Virus record (IMG/VR): IMGVR_UViG_3300020477_000990
Location: 1 to 64,000 of that record
Length of the DNA: 64,000 nt
Strand: one strand, 5' to 3'
Shown: positions 38,307 through 48,700 of the stretch, one piece after another
Layout: each line of letters begins with the position of its first letter
How positions within the stretch are numbered: position 1 is the first letter of the stretch
Program-made: the position numbers and the translations under genes
The notes under the pieces: model-generated
What the model saw: only the letters and a program-made list of their open reading frames with translations
Told to the model about the DNA's origin: nothing
Databases searched by the model: none

Positions 38307-39829
38307 TGAATAAACCATACGGTGAAGATTTAACTGCAAGTCATAAAGATTATGCTGTCTTCTTACCAGCGGTAAGTGGATTTTATCAAACTTACGTTAG
38401 TAAACAACAGCAAACATTTGGTACAGATAAACAATTTGTTCCAGATGAACGTATTCCAAAAGGTTTTGAACAAGGTATTGAAGGATTAAATTATCTTAAT
38501 AAAGAAAAAGGATATTTTAATTACAAATACGGATTATATTCGGCAGGTCACGCACATCTAGATGTTGACAAGTCAATGGTTCAAGAATCTATGTTTCATA
38601 CAAGAAACAAAAATGATACCATTATAGTTGGTGATTCCGGCGGTTACCAAATTGGTAAAGGAATATTAAAATTTGATTGGCAAAATTTTAAAGGTAAGTC
38701 AGCAAATGATATGCGTACAAAAATCTTGCATTGGTTAGAACTTACAGCAGATTGGTCAATGGTATTAGATATTCCTAGTTGGGCTTGTGATGCCACACAT
38801 AGTCCAAAGACAGGATTAAAATCATATGGTGACTGTATTTCAGGTACAGTACATAATAACGAATTTTTTTTAAAAAATAGATTAGGACAAACGAAGTTTC
38901 TTAATGTGTTGCAAGGCTTTGATGCTCAAACGGCTGACGTTTGGTATGATGCTGTTAAGCATTTTCCATTTGAAGGCTGGGCATTTGGCGGAAACAATAT
39001 GTGTGATATGACTATGGCTCTCCGACGCCTAATTATATTGCGAGATTCTAAATTACTAGATAATAGGGATTGGGTTCACTTCTTAGGTACTAGTAAATTA
39101 GATTGGGCTTGTTTCTTGACGTCCATCCAACGTCAATTGAGAAAACACGTTAATGAGAACCTAACCGTATCTTATGATAGTGCAAGTGCCTTTGTGGCAA
39201 CAGCACATGGTTTGGTTTACACTTCACCAGTTCATACTAATAAGCGATGGTCTTATATTATGGATAAGGCAACAGATAGTAAAGCCTTAAAACTTTCTAC
39301 TATTCCTTTTCCATGGGAGTCGGAAATCGGTAAACGATTGACAATAGGAGACATTTGCTGGTATGGACCTGGTGATTTAAACAAAGTTGGAAAAGAAGGT
39401 AAAACTTCTTGGGATTCATTTGCTTATGCATTAATGATGGGTCATAATGTAAATCAACATATTAAGATTGTACAAAAAGCAAATCAAATAATGGATATTG
39501 AATCAGTAATTCATAAACCAGATTATAGGCATTGGAGAAAAGCAAAACAAAAAGAGACAGCAACAGAATATAGTGATTGGTGTCCTAGAAATGTACTGTA
39601 TTTTAATTCATTTATTGAAGACTTTTTTAAATCAGAAAAACCTATGGAAATGCTAAATGATAATAAAGCATTTTTAGATGACATTAAAGGTGTTAGATGG
39701 ACAGGTAATTCAGGAAATGTGTTTAATGATTTATTTGATGTAGAAACTAAAAGCTCAATGGGTGATGAATTATCTAATCCTAACGATGAGAAGTTAGAGA
39801 AATTAGGGAAAGTTTTAGAAACTATTTAA
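38306..39829 (+). CDS. TGT-fold transglycosylase, DpdA-like
   Basis: DSGGYQ, MVLDIP, NVLQG, GWAFGG, HFLG, SYDSAS in TGT order. Confidence 0.78.
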   Translation: MNKPYGEDLTASHKDYAVFLPAVSGFYQTYVSKQQQTFGTDKQFVPDERIPKGFEQGIEGLNYLNKEKGYFNYKYGLYSAGHAHLDVDKSMVQESMFHTRNKNDTIIVGDSGGYQIGKGILKFDWQNFKGKSANDMRTKILHWLELTADWSMVLDIPSWACDATHSPKTGLKSYGDCISGTVHNNEFFLKNRLGQTKFLNVLQGFDAQTADVWYDAVKHFPFEGWAFGGNNMCDMTMALRRLIILRDSKLLDNRDWVHFLGTSKLDWACFLTSIQRQLRKHVNENLTVSYDSASAFVATAHGLVYTSPVHTNKRWSYIMDKATDSKALKLSTIPFPWESEIGKRLTIGDICWYGPGDLNKVGKEGKTSWDSFAYALMMGHNVNQHIKIVQKANQIMDIESVIHKPDYRHWRKAKQKETATEYSDWCPRNVLYFNSFIEDFFKSEKPMEMLNDNKAFLDDIKGVRWTGNSGNVFNDLFDVETKSSMGDELSNPNDEKLEKLGKVLETI

Positions 39830-40048
39830 ATGAATGAAGATCATATGGCGAAAAGATACACAGCAGAATATATGGCAAACGAATATAGAAACGAAGCGGC
39901 AGACGTAAAATATAAGTATAAAGAATTAAGGAATTTAGTAGTTGAACTAATAGATGCTATTCCAGAAGACAGAATATTGTGGCATCAAGATGTAAATGAC
40001 TTAATAACAAAAGTAAAACAGAAAATGGAGAATGATGATGTCAGATAA
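39830..40048 (+). CDS. Hypothetical protein
   Basis: ORF in operon. Confidence 0.55.
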   Translation: MNEDHMAKRYTAEYMANEYRNEAADVKYKYKELRNLVVELIDAIPEDRILWHQDVNDLITKVKQKMENDDVR

Positions 40049-40442
40049 TATTGATTTGAAAGAGTATTCTGATTTTGTAGATAAGGTTACAAGTGATGAA
40101 TCAAAAGATAGTGGAGCATTTAGGCAAAGATTAGACGATTTAGGAGATGGTGATATTCCTAGGTTACTTACAGCGTCATTAGGGTTATCAGCTGAATCAG
40201 GTGAGTTTACTGAGATAGTTAAAAAGTTAGTATTTCAAGGTAAGCCATTAACTGATGAAACTAAAGCACATATGGCCAAAGAATTAGGAGATGTAATTTG
40301 GTATTGGATACAAGGGTGTATGGCAATTGGAATTGACCCAAATGAAGTTATTAACACAAATAAAGAGAAGTTAATGGCCAGATATCCGGCCGGAGAGTTT
40401 TCAGCTATAAGAAGTGAAAATAGAAAAGAGGGTGATATCTAG
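40032..40442 (+). CDS. MazG-like NTP pyrophosphohydrolase
   Basis: GLSAESGEFTEIVKK...KELGDVIWY...NKEKL.ARY. Confidence 0.88.
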   Translation: MMMSDNIDLKEYSDFVDKVTSDESKDSGAFRQRLDDLGDGDIPRLLTASLGLSAESGEFTEIVKKLVFQGKPLTDETKAHMAKELGDVIWYWIQGCMAIGIDPNEVINTNKEKLMARYPAGEFSAIRSENRKEGDI

Positions 40443-40444
40443 TA

Positions 40445-40472
40445 TTGACATTCTCAGTAATTCTGTTATAAT
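40445..40472 (+). promoter_or_regulatory. Sigma70-type promoter giving a leaderless transcript
   Basis: TTGACA-N16-TATAAT with extended -10; ATG 6 nt later. Confidence 0.75.
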
Positions 40473-40478
40473 AGTATT

Positions 40479-41000
40479 ATGAAGAGAACATACGATAATA
40501 ATGAACAACGTGATGATGTTTTAACTTTTACTGGAATAGAAGTTGAAAGAACACCATGTTATGGTCTCAAAACATATTTTGTAGTTGGAGTTCCAAGAGA
40601 AGATCCTGTAGTTTTTATTAATAAAGTAATGAAGCAGGAATGTGAACAAATTTATTTTGGTGCAAATCATTCATTAAAAGATTGGAAAGATGATTGGACT
40701 GGTCCAATGACTGCATTAATAAAAGAAAGTCTTAATGCTAAATTTTGGGTTACATTAGATGTTGATGGTACAAAACTACCTCCAATGTTAACTGATTTTT
40801 TAACAAACAAATATTTTAGTGTAACTTATTCAATACAAGTTCCTAATGTTGATAAAATTAATGGTAATATTAATATTAAAATAGATGATGAAGATTTTGA
40901 AGCAACAAATAAAGGTGTTTGGTCAACTACTTTAAGATCAATTAAAGTTAAAAATAATTTTACTCCATGGGATGATTATAAGAAAGATACAGTAATATGA
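40479..41000 (+). CDS. Phage hypothetical protein (IYFGANHS)
   Basis: FTGIEVERTP..G.KT.FV; KIDD.DF.ATN.GVW. Confidence 0.75.
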   Translation: MKRTYDNNEQRDDVLTFTGIEVERTPCYGLKTYFVVGVPREDPVVFINKVMKQECEQIYFGANHSLKDWKDDWTGPMTALIKESLNAKFWVTLDVDGTKLPPMLTDFLTNKYFSVTYSIQVPNVDKINGNINIKIDDEDFEATNKGVWSTTLRSIKVKNNFTPWDDYKKDTVI

Positions 41001-41185
41001 AAAAAGTATCTATAACATTAGAAGTGGGAGACAAAATAGATTTAGGTCGTTTTAGAAATGTACGAGCTGAAATAATTGATATTAAAAAAGACCAATATGG
41101 ACAGCCTGTAATTGTAACAAGTAAAGGCGATAAAAAAGCATTAACATTTAGGTTAGTTAAATTAGATAATGACAAAAAGAGCTAA
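40997..41185 (+). CDS. Small hypothetical protein
   Basis: ATGA overlap. Confidence 0.6.
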   Translation: MKKVSITLEVGDKIDLGRFRNVRAEIIDIKKDQYGQPVIVTSKGDKKALTFRLVKLDNDKKS

Positions 41186-41321
41186 AATAAAGAAAAAAGA
41201 TTATCAAGATTATTATGATGTAATTGTTACAGATCAATGTCCACCAGAAGATATTGCATATTGGTTTAGTGATTTAAAATTTTTAGAATGGTTTAGAAAA
41301 CAAAAGGATAGAAAAGAATAA

Positions 41322-41672
41322 ATGGACAGTAAAATAAAAGAACAAATTAAAAGTAATATTGATAATAATGATGTTTTTCTTTTTATGAAAGGAACACCTG
41401 ACGCACCACAATGTGGATTTTCAGGAATGGTGTGTGGAGTATTGAAAAAATTTAATGTGACATTTAATCATTGTAATGTTTTAGAAAATAATGATATTAG
41501 AGAAGGAATAAAAGAATATAGTGATTGGCCAACAATACCTCAGTTATATATAAAAGGAGAGTTTGTAGGTGGAGCAGATATTGTTAGAGAAATGGTTCAA
41601 TCTAGTGAGTTAATTGATTTGCTTAATTCAAAAGAAATTAAAAATAATTATACAAAGGAGAATGTAAAATGA
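41322..41672 (+). CDS. grxD: Monothiol glutaredoxin Grx4
   Basis: FMKGTP..PQCGFS, WPTIPQLY, GGADI. Confidence 0.95.
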   Translation: MDSKIKEQIKSNIDNNDVFLFMKGTPDAPQCGFSGMVCGVLKKFNVTFNHCNVLENNDIREGIKEYSDWPTIPQLYIKGEFVGGADIVREMVQSSELIDLLNSKEIKNNYTKENVK

Positions 41673-41878
41673 AAAACTTTTTTCTTAATGTATGGTATTT
41701 TTTTGTTGGTGTGCCAATAGATTTAACTTATTGGTTTAATGGACAAGAAGTTAATGTAAAAGTTCGTAACTTTAGAAATATGAGAGCTGGACGTATAACT
41801 TTTAAAAATATTGATACAGGAAAAATAGAAACAATAAGCTCACCAGATTTAAAATATAAAATTGTAAAGGAGGACTAA
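41669..41878 (+). CDS. Hypothetical protein
   Basis: AGGAG RBS. Confidence 0.55.
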   Translation: MKNFFLNVWYFFVGVPIDLTYWFNGQEVNVKVRNFRNMRAGRITFKNIDTGKIETISSPDLKYKIVKED

Positions 41879-42336
41879 TGGCACAAAAAAGAATGATATG
41901 GGTAACATTTCGCAAAGAAGGTATTCACAAATATCCTGCGGCATTAGATGATCCTAAATTAGCAACAGGTAAAGATGATGATGTTAGTTTTTTAGGATAT
42001 CCACATAGGCATATATTTCATTTTAAAGTTGCTATTGAAGTGTTTCATGATGATAGAGATATTGAATTTATACAATTCAAAAGATGGCTTGAAGCATTAT
42101 ATCAAGGAACATTAGAATTAAATTATAAGTCTTGTGAAATGATTGCAGATGATTTGTATGCACAGATTAAACAAAAATATCCAAAAAGAGATGTTAACAT
42201 AGAAGTTTCAGAAGATGGAGAAAATGGAGCATCAATTTCATATCCAAAAGCTGAAAGTGTAAAAACAAAATATAAAACTTATTCTGAAATGGAAGAAGAC
42301 TTTGCTGATGAGTATTCAGCACAAAATACATTGTAA
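41878..42336 (+). CDS. T-fold QueD paralogue (DpdL-like CDG decarboxylase candidate)
   Basis: LGYPHRHIF (LxxxHRHxF), SCEMIA, VSEDGENG; lacks canonical QueD CxxxHGH. Confidence 0.7.
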   Translation: MAQKRMIWVTFRKEGIHKYPAALDDPKLATGKDDDVSFLGYPHRHIFHFKVAIEVFHDDRDIEFIQFKRWLEALYQGTLELNYKSCEMIADDLYAQIKQKYPKRDVNIEVSEDGENGASISYPKAESVKTKYKTYSEMEEDFADEYSAQNTL

Positions 42337-42348
42337 AAGGAGAGGACA

Positions 42349-42801
42349 ATGAAATTAACTGAAAATTTTACACTAGCAGAATTGTGTAAAAGTCAAACGG
42401 CTTTAAGAAAAGGTATTGACAACTTACCAAATGATCCAAATGTTGTTACAAAATTACAAACAATTGCTGAAAAAATATTACAACCAGTTAGAGATAAATT
42501 TGGTCCAACGGTAATTAATTCAGGTTATAGATGTAAAAAATTGAATACAGCTATTGGTGGTTCTAAAAAATCACAACATTGTTTTGGAGAAGCGGCAGAT
42601 ATAGAAGTTCCAACATTAAGCAATAGAGATTTAGCCGAATGGATTAAAAATAATTTAGATTTCGACCAACTAATATTGGAATTTTATAATGGAAAAGATC
42701 CACGTAGCGGTTGGGTTCATGTGTCATTTAAGTCTGATGGTAATAATCGTAAGCAATGCCTAACAATTAATAAACAAGGTACTTTTAACGGTTTTGTTTA
42801 G
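42349..42801 (+). CDS. Peptidase M15A (D-Ala-D-Ala carboxypeptidase-like; possible endolysin)
   Basis: SGYRC..LN..IGG..SQH..GEAAD...WVHVS. Confidence 0.88.
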   Translation: MKLTENFTLAELCKSQTALRKGIDNLPNDPNVVTKLQTIAEKILQPVRDKFGPTVINSGYRCKKLNTAIGGSKKSQHCFGEAADIEVPTLSNRDLAEWIKNNLDFDQLILEFYNGKDPRSGWVHVSFKSDGNNRKQCLTINKQGTFNGFV

Positions 42802-42919
42802 AATTCTATATATTATTACATAATATAGGCCTCTTTAGCATAAATAAAAGTGTAAAACTTAATGATTCGGAGAATTGGGCCGGATTGTTATTTTAATAAA
42901 TTTTATAGGAGAACATACC

Positions 42920-43222
42920 ATGGCATTAGGTATTGGAAATCCTAACACGGCACCTTCAGCAGGTCAAAATATTGCTGGTTCATTGAGCCACTTTACTCTT
43001 GCTGACGGTAATACAGACTGTTCAACAGCGGCTAACTTAAAAAACCTAGTTGAAGTTATTCAAATGATTTCAACTACAGTTGTTATCGGTGCAGTTGCGG
43101 CAGGTGGCTTTAGATTTGCAGTTGAAAACAACGGCACTACAGCGGCACAAATGCAGGCACATATCAGAGCAAACGGCTTGTCTGGTTTCTCAGATTTAAC
43201 AATTGCTGATTTTGATTACTAA
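42920..43222 (+). CDS. Small late (probable virion) protein
   Basis: CATAAATA at 42839, leader hairpin 42861-42889, AGGAG RBS, own terminator. Confidence 0.7.
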   Translation: MALGIGNPNTAPSAGQNIAGSLSHFTLADGNTDCSTAANLKNLVEVIQMISTTVVIGAVAAGGFRFAVENNGTTAAQMQAHIRANGLSGFSDLTIADFDY

Positions 43223-43260
43223 TCTGTAATCCGTAATAGGAATATAAAACAAATATATAA

Positions 43261-43290
43261 AGGGCGGGCCTTAAAATCCGCCCTTTTTTT
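43261..43290 (+). terminator. Rho-independent terminator
   Basis: AGGGCGGG/TCCGCCCT stem plus T-run. Confidence 0.88.
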
Positions 43291-43381
43291 ATGACTATAC
43301 AAATATATAATAAAACAATAAATACTAGCATATAATGGCGTCTAATTCCTATTTTAAGCGTCATATAAAAGGATTTATAGC

Positions 43382-45292
43382 ATGAGAGCACTCATAGTAC
43401 CAAATACAGACGTCATATCAAAAGAAGCTCTAATTACAGAGCTAGAAACAGAAGGCCAAGGTGATATTTCACGTTCTGTAACTATTGTAGATAGAGATAC
43501 TCCAGAAATTATTTGGGTTGAATTAGATTCAAGAGATGAATTTGATATATTATTAAATTCACCAAAAGTGGCCGGTGCTAATAGTGATGCATATGAAGAC
43601 AGTTTAAAATTTGATCCTCAAGGTTCAGCAACAATTAATCCACAAAAAACACATTTAATAAGTGATGCATATCATAATTGGGGATTAGCACAAATGACTC
43701 AAGATGGTACAACACTTGCAACAACATTTTCATGGCAGAATGATGGTGCAAATGTTGATGTAGTTATTATGGATACAGGTATTACAGTAGGACATCCTGA
43801 ATTTAATGATTTAGCAACAAATACATCATCAAGAATTAATCAAGTTAATTTTGGTGGTACACAAGGAGCAAGTTTTTATACTGACCCAGATGGACATGGT
43901 ACACACGTTGCAGGTATAATGGCAGGAAGAACACAAGGTTGGGCCAGAGATGCAACTATACATTCATTTACATCTAACATTGGTGGATTGACACATGGAT
44001 ATAATATTTCACAAATGGGATTGCTAACTTCTTGGCATACAGCAAAATCAAATAATAAACCAACGGTAGTTAATATGAGTTGGGGAACGTCAACTTGGTA
44101 TCCACCAAATCATCCTAGCCATACTATTACTATTTTAGATTGGGATCCAAATGCAATTCCAGATAGTCAATATCATATGACACGTTCGTCAAGTTATGAT
44201 ACGTTAGTAAGAAATATGGTTAATGCAGGAATTGTTGTAGTATGTTCAGCAGGTAATGATAGTGAAAGGATTTATGCAACAAGTGAAACTGGAGCAAATG
44301 AGTGGAATTCAGGTTATTGGTATTTCTTTGATTCGGGTAACGATGTAGGTTATGGTGGTGGTACAAAAATGTATATGCAAGATGCATCAGCACATGATCC
44401 AAATGTTCATGGTACGGGATCTAGATCAGGTATACCTGGAGCACCTCCAGGTGGTAGTTATAATAACACAATTTATTTTCAAGCAACAAATAATGGACAA
44501 TCTCCTAGTAATGCTTGGTTACAAGATGGAACGTCTACAAGACATGATATTGCTGTAATGTCTCATAATATGTATTTGTCTAAATCTAGTTTTTCAAATT
44601 ATGGAACGCCATTAAGAGTATGGGCACCAGGAACATATATTATGAGTGCATATATTAATTCAGGATCTGCGGTTCAAATAGGTGCAACAGGATATTATGT
44701 TAACAAGTTAAGTGGAACGTCAATGGCATCTCCACAAGTTGCAGGATTAATTGCTTGTTATCTTGATAGAGATGCAACAACTTATGCTGGAATAACAACA
44801 AAAGCAAATCAAGAATCTGCAATAGCATTTATAGAAAATGATGGTGATATTGATGATGGTGTTGGTGATTGGGGAAGTGCTCCACCAAATAGAAATAGAG
44901 CATATCAACCTTATCAAGAATATAATTATACGTGGAATGTTGGTCATGGTGTAGGTGGAACGTATTCAATTGGTACAGAAGATGAAAATGATCCTTTAAG
45001 TTATCAATTAAATGCAACAATTAGAAATAAAGCATCTGAGCAATTACATACAGCAACATTTTCAATACAATCTGGTTCTTTACCAGATGGTATTACTTTT
45101 AATAATTCAACAGGTACAATTACAGGATCGCCTAGTGCTACATCAGGTGGGCAAACATATACCTTTGTTGTTAGAGCAGATAATGGTTTTGAATATATGG
45201 ATAAAAGTTATTCTTTAACAATTAGTGATGATGTTGCTAATTATACTATTAGTGGCGGAGTAATAATAGGCGGCGGAGTGTCAATAGGATAA
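43382..45292 (+). CDS. Subtilisin-like S8 protease with C-terminal Ig-like domain
   Basis: VIMDTG, GHGTHVAG, SAGN, SGTSMASPQVAG; GSLPDGITFN..TGTITGSP. Confidence 0.9.
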   Translation: MRALIVPNTDVISKEALITELETEGQGDISRSVTIVDRDTPEIIWVELDSRDEFDILLNSPKVAGANSDAYEDSLKFDPQGSATINPQKTHLISDAYHNWGLAQMTQDGTTLATTFSWQNDGANVDVVIMDTGITVGHPEFNDLATNTSSRINQVNFGGTQGASFYTDPDGHGTHVAGIMAGRTQGWARDATIHSFTSNIGGLTHGYNISQMGLLTSWHTAKSNNKPTVVNMSWGTSTWYPPNHPSHTITILDWDPNAIPDSQYHMTRSSSYDTLVRNMVNAGIVVVCSAGNDSERIYATSETGANEWNSGYWYFFDSGNDVGYGGGTKMYMQDASAHDPNVHGTGSRSGIPGAPPGGSYNNTIYFQATNNGQSPSNAWLQDGTSTRHDIAVMSHNMYLSKSSFSNYGTPLRVWAPGTYIMSAYINSGSAVQIGATGYYVNKLSGTSMASPQVAGLIACYLDRDATTYAGITTKANQESAIAFIENDGDIDDGVGDWGSAPPNRNRAYQPYQEYNYTWNVGHGVGGTYSIGTEDENDPLSYQLNATIRNKASEQLHTATFSIQSGSLPDGITFNNSTGTITGSPSATSGGQTYTFVVRADNGFEYMDKSYSLTISDDVANYTISGGVIIGGGVSIG

Positions 45293-45300
45293 ATACTTTT

Positions 45301-45672
45301 ATGTCAAGAACTAGTGTACAAATGTTGTCAAAAGATACCGCTGGAGCTTCAATTACATTACCTTTTTCAGGTGCAAGTGTAACAAGTTCAAATGTTCCAG
45401 CTGATTCCTATTATGGATTTTCAGACGGTTTACATACTGTAGGCATCACTTTAGATGGTTTTACAGGCTCTATTGCGATTGAAGGCACGTTAGCTAAGAC
45501 TCCTGGAGCAAATGATTGGTTTAGAATATCATTAGGCGGGCAAAATGCAGTTCCATTTACTACACATACAGGTACTACTGCATATACATTTACTGGTAAT
45601 TATTTGTATATACGAGCATTGGTATTTGGTAGATCTGCAGGTTCAGTAACGTCATTTCTTTTAAACCACTAA
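45301..45672 (+). CDS. Probable virion structural protein
   Basis: GATAAATA 5 nt upstream; YYGFSDGLHTV...FTGNY. Confidence 0.7.
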   Translation: MSRTSVQMLSKDTAGASITLPFSGASVTSSNVPADSYYGFSDGLHTVGITLDGFTGSIAIEGTLAKTPGANDWFRISLGGQNAVPFTTHTGTTAYTFTGNYLYIRALVFGRSAGSVTSFLLNH

Positions 45673-45732
45673 AATTACTTCCAGAAATAAATACATATAA
45701 TACATATATTGTATAAAAGGGATTGATAAAAT

Positions 45733-48700
45733 ATGGCTGATAACACGGGTTCAAATTTAGGTACAGGACACATAGTCTTTAGTTCAAAAGTAGGTAATGA
45801 TCTACAATTTAAAACACTAGTAGGTGGTACTAATATAACATTGGCAAATACTGCCTCAGAAATAACTATTACTGCATCAAATGATACTACTGCTTTAAAT
45901 ATAGGTACAGGATCAGGTATATTTACTAGTAAAGCAGGCGATAATATACAGTTTAAATCGCTTATAGCAAATGCGGCATCTGGTATTAGTTTAACTTCAA
46001 ATGCAGATGATTTAACTTTTCAATTAGTTTCAGCAAATGTAGATGCTGGTAAATTAGGTGGTGTAGCGGCATCAGACTTTTTACAAAAATCAAATAACTT
46101 ATCTGGATTGACAAATCTAGCAACAGCAAGATCAAATTTATCAGTATATTCAAAAGCAGAAGTAGATGGCTTTGCAGTCAAAAATAATGCTAATGTATTA
46201 CCATCAGCAGACAATACATGGTCTCTAGGAGATAACTCAAATAGATGGGCGGCAATCTACGCAAATAGATTTTACGGAATGGCAACTACAGCAGGTAGTA
46301 TGGCATCACTTAATGATATTACTGATGTTGATACTTCTGGTGCAGTTAACAATTCAGTATTAAAATGGAATTCATCAACATCACAATGGGAAATTGGTGT
46401 TGACTCAGGTGGAGGCGGTGGATCGTCTAGCTTCGTTGGTTTATCAGATACACCTGGAAACTTTACAGGTGACGCAAACAAATATGTAAGAGTTAATGCA
46501 GGAGAAACTGCATTAGAATTTGTAGATGGTGTTGCAACAGAGGCTTATGTAACAACACAGGTTAATAATTTAATTGACTCGGCACCTGGAGCATTAGATA
46601 CATTAAACGAATTAGCGGCGGCGTTAGGTGATGATGCAAACTTCTCAACAACAATAACAAATTCAATTGCAACAAAACTAGCAACAGCAGATTTTAACAA
46701 TACATTTGATACAAGATTTGGAAATAAAAATATTAGTGACTTATCAAACGTACACACAGCGGCACCAACAGATGGACAAGTACTTTCTTGGGATAATGGA
46801 AATTCAAGATGGGCACCATCAAATGTAGGTTCAGGAGATATTACAAGAGTTAATATTACAGCAGGAACAGGGTTAAGTGGTACACAAGATACAACATCAG
46901 GTGATCATACACAAACACTTGCAGTTGATGTTGGTACAAGTGCAGGCAAAATTGTACAACTAGATGGTTCAGCTAAATTACCAGCAGTAGATGGTTCGGC
47001 ACTTACAAACTTGCCGGCGGCTTATACTAATGCAAGTGTAGATGCACATTTAAATCAATCAAATCCAACTTCAGGATTTGTATTAAGTTGGAATGGATCA
47101 GATTATGCTTGGGTTACTAATGCAGGTTATACTGATACAGATTTTGATAATAGATTAGCTACTAAATCAACAACAAATTTAACAGAAGGCACAAATCTTT
47201 ATTATACAGATGCTAGAGTAAACGCAAGAGTTGGAGCATTAGGTTCAGCAAACTGGGATACAGCATTTGGTTGGGGTGACCACTCGAGTGCAGGTTACTT
47301 ATCATCAGTTGCGTTGAATAATTTAACAGATGTTAATACGGCAGGCGTCGCAAATGGAAAAATTTTAAAATACAATGGTACTTCTTGGGTAGTTGCAGAT
47401 GACACAGGTGGTCCTGCAGATACAGATGCGTTAGGAGAAGGTTCAACTAACCTTTACTTTACTAATGCAAGAGCAGATGCACGTATTAGTGCGGCAACAT
47501 TTACTACATTATCAGATGTAGATGCTGTAGTAGCCGGTGATAATGGAAAAATTTTATATTATGATCACGGTACAACTTCATTTAAATGGAAAGTTGATGC
47601 AGGTGGTCCAGCAGACACAGATGCTTTAGCAGAAGGTTCAACTAATTTATACTTTACTAATGCAAGAGTAGATACACACTTAAACCAAAGTAATCCAACA
47701 AGTGGATATGTTCTTTCTTGGAACGGTTCAGATTATGTTTGGGTAGCAAATGGTACACCTGGTGCTATTACAGATATTGTTAATGACGCAACTCCACAAT
47801 TAGGTGGAACATTAGATGCAAACGGTAATACAATTGACATGGGTACAAATGTATTAACAGATGTAAATCTTGGACAATTTATAACAGCACACGGTTGGGG
47901 AGATCATAGTGGTGCTGGATATTTAACAAGTACTGGTGTAATAAGTTCACACACAGATGTACACAATGCGGCGGCAACAGATGGGCAAGTATTAAAATGG
48001 GATAATGCGAATTCAAGATGGGCACCTGCAAACGATACAGATACAGTTTATAGTTCATTTAACTCAGACTTTGATACAAGATTAACAGCAAAAGACACAG
48101 GTGATTTAAGTGAAGGATCTAACTTATACTTTACTAATGCAAGAGCAGATGCACGTATAGGTGCGGCAAGTATTAATGCATTATCAGATGTAGATACATC
48201 TGGTGCGGCAAATGGTAAAATTTTAAAACATAATGGAACAAGTTGGGTAGTAGCAGATGACACAGATACTGATACAGGGATATTAAATGTTGTAGAAGAT
48301 ACAACACCACAACTAGGTGGAAATTTAGATGTACAAACTAACACAATTAAATCAAGTGATAATGTACAATTAGGTGAAGGTGTTAGTGCAACAGGTATTA
48401 CTGGAACACTTGCAACTAGAGTAAGTGGATTTGGTGCATACTTTGGATTTACTTCAGACAACTCAAAAAGACATTATAATAATGTTTGGCAATCTAAACA
48501 AACATTATCTACAAATGTAGATACAGGAAATAAAAAGCAAGGTTGGCTTATAGATTCAGTTTTAGAATTAGATGGTAATACACACGGTGCTAATGATACT
48601 GCTGATGTTTCAAAATTATTTGGTGACTATAGTTATACAAGTCTTAAATCAAGTAGTGGAAATACAAGTGCTAATGGTGTAGTTGGTCATTCATTCTCGG

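Noticed and set aside
41878-42336. Canonical queD
   Set aside because: Lacks CxxxHGH; symbol withheld
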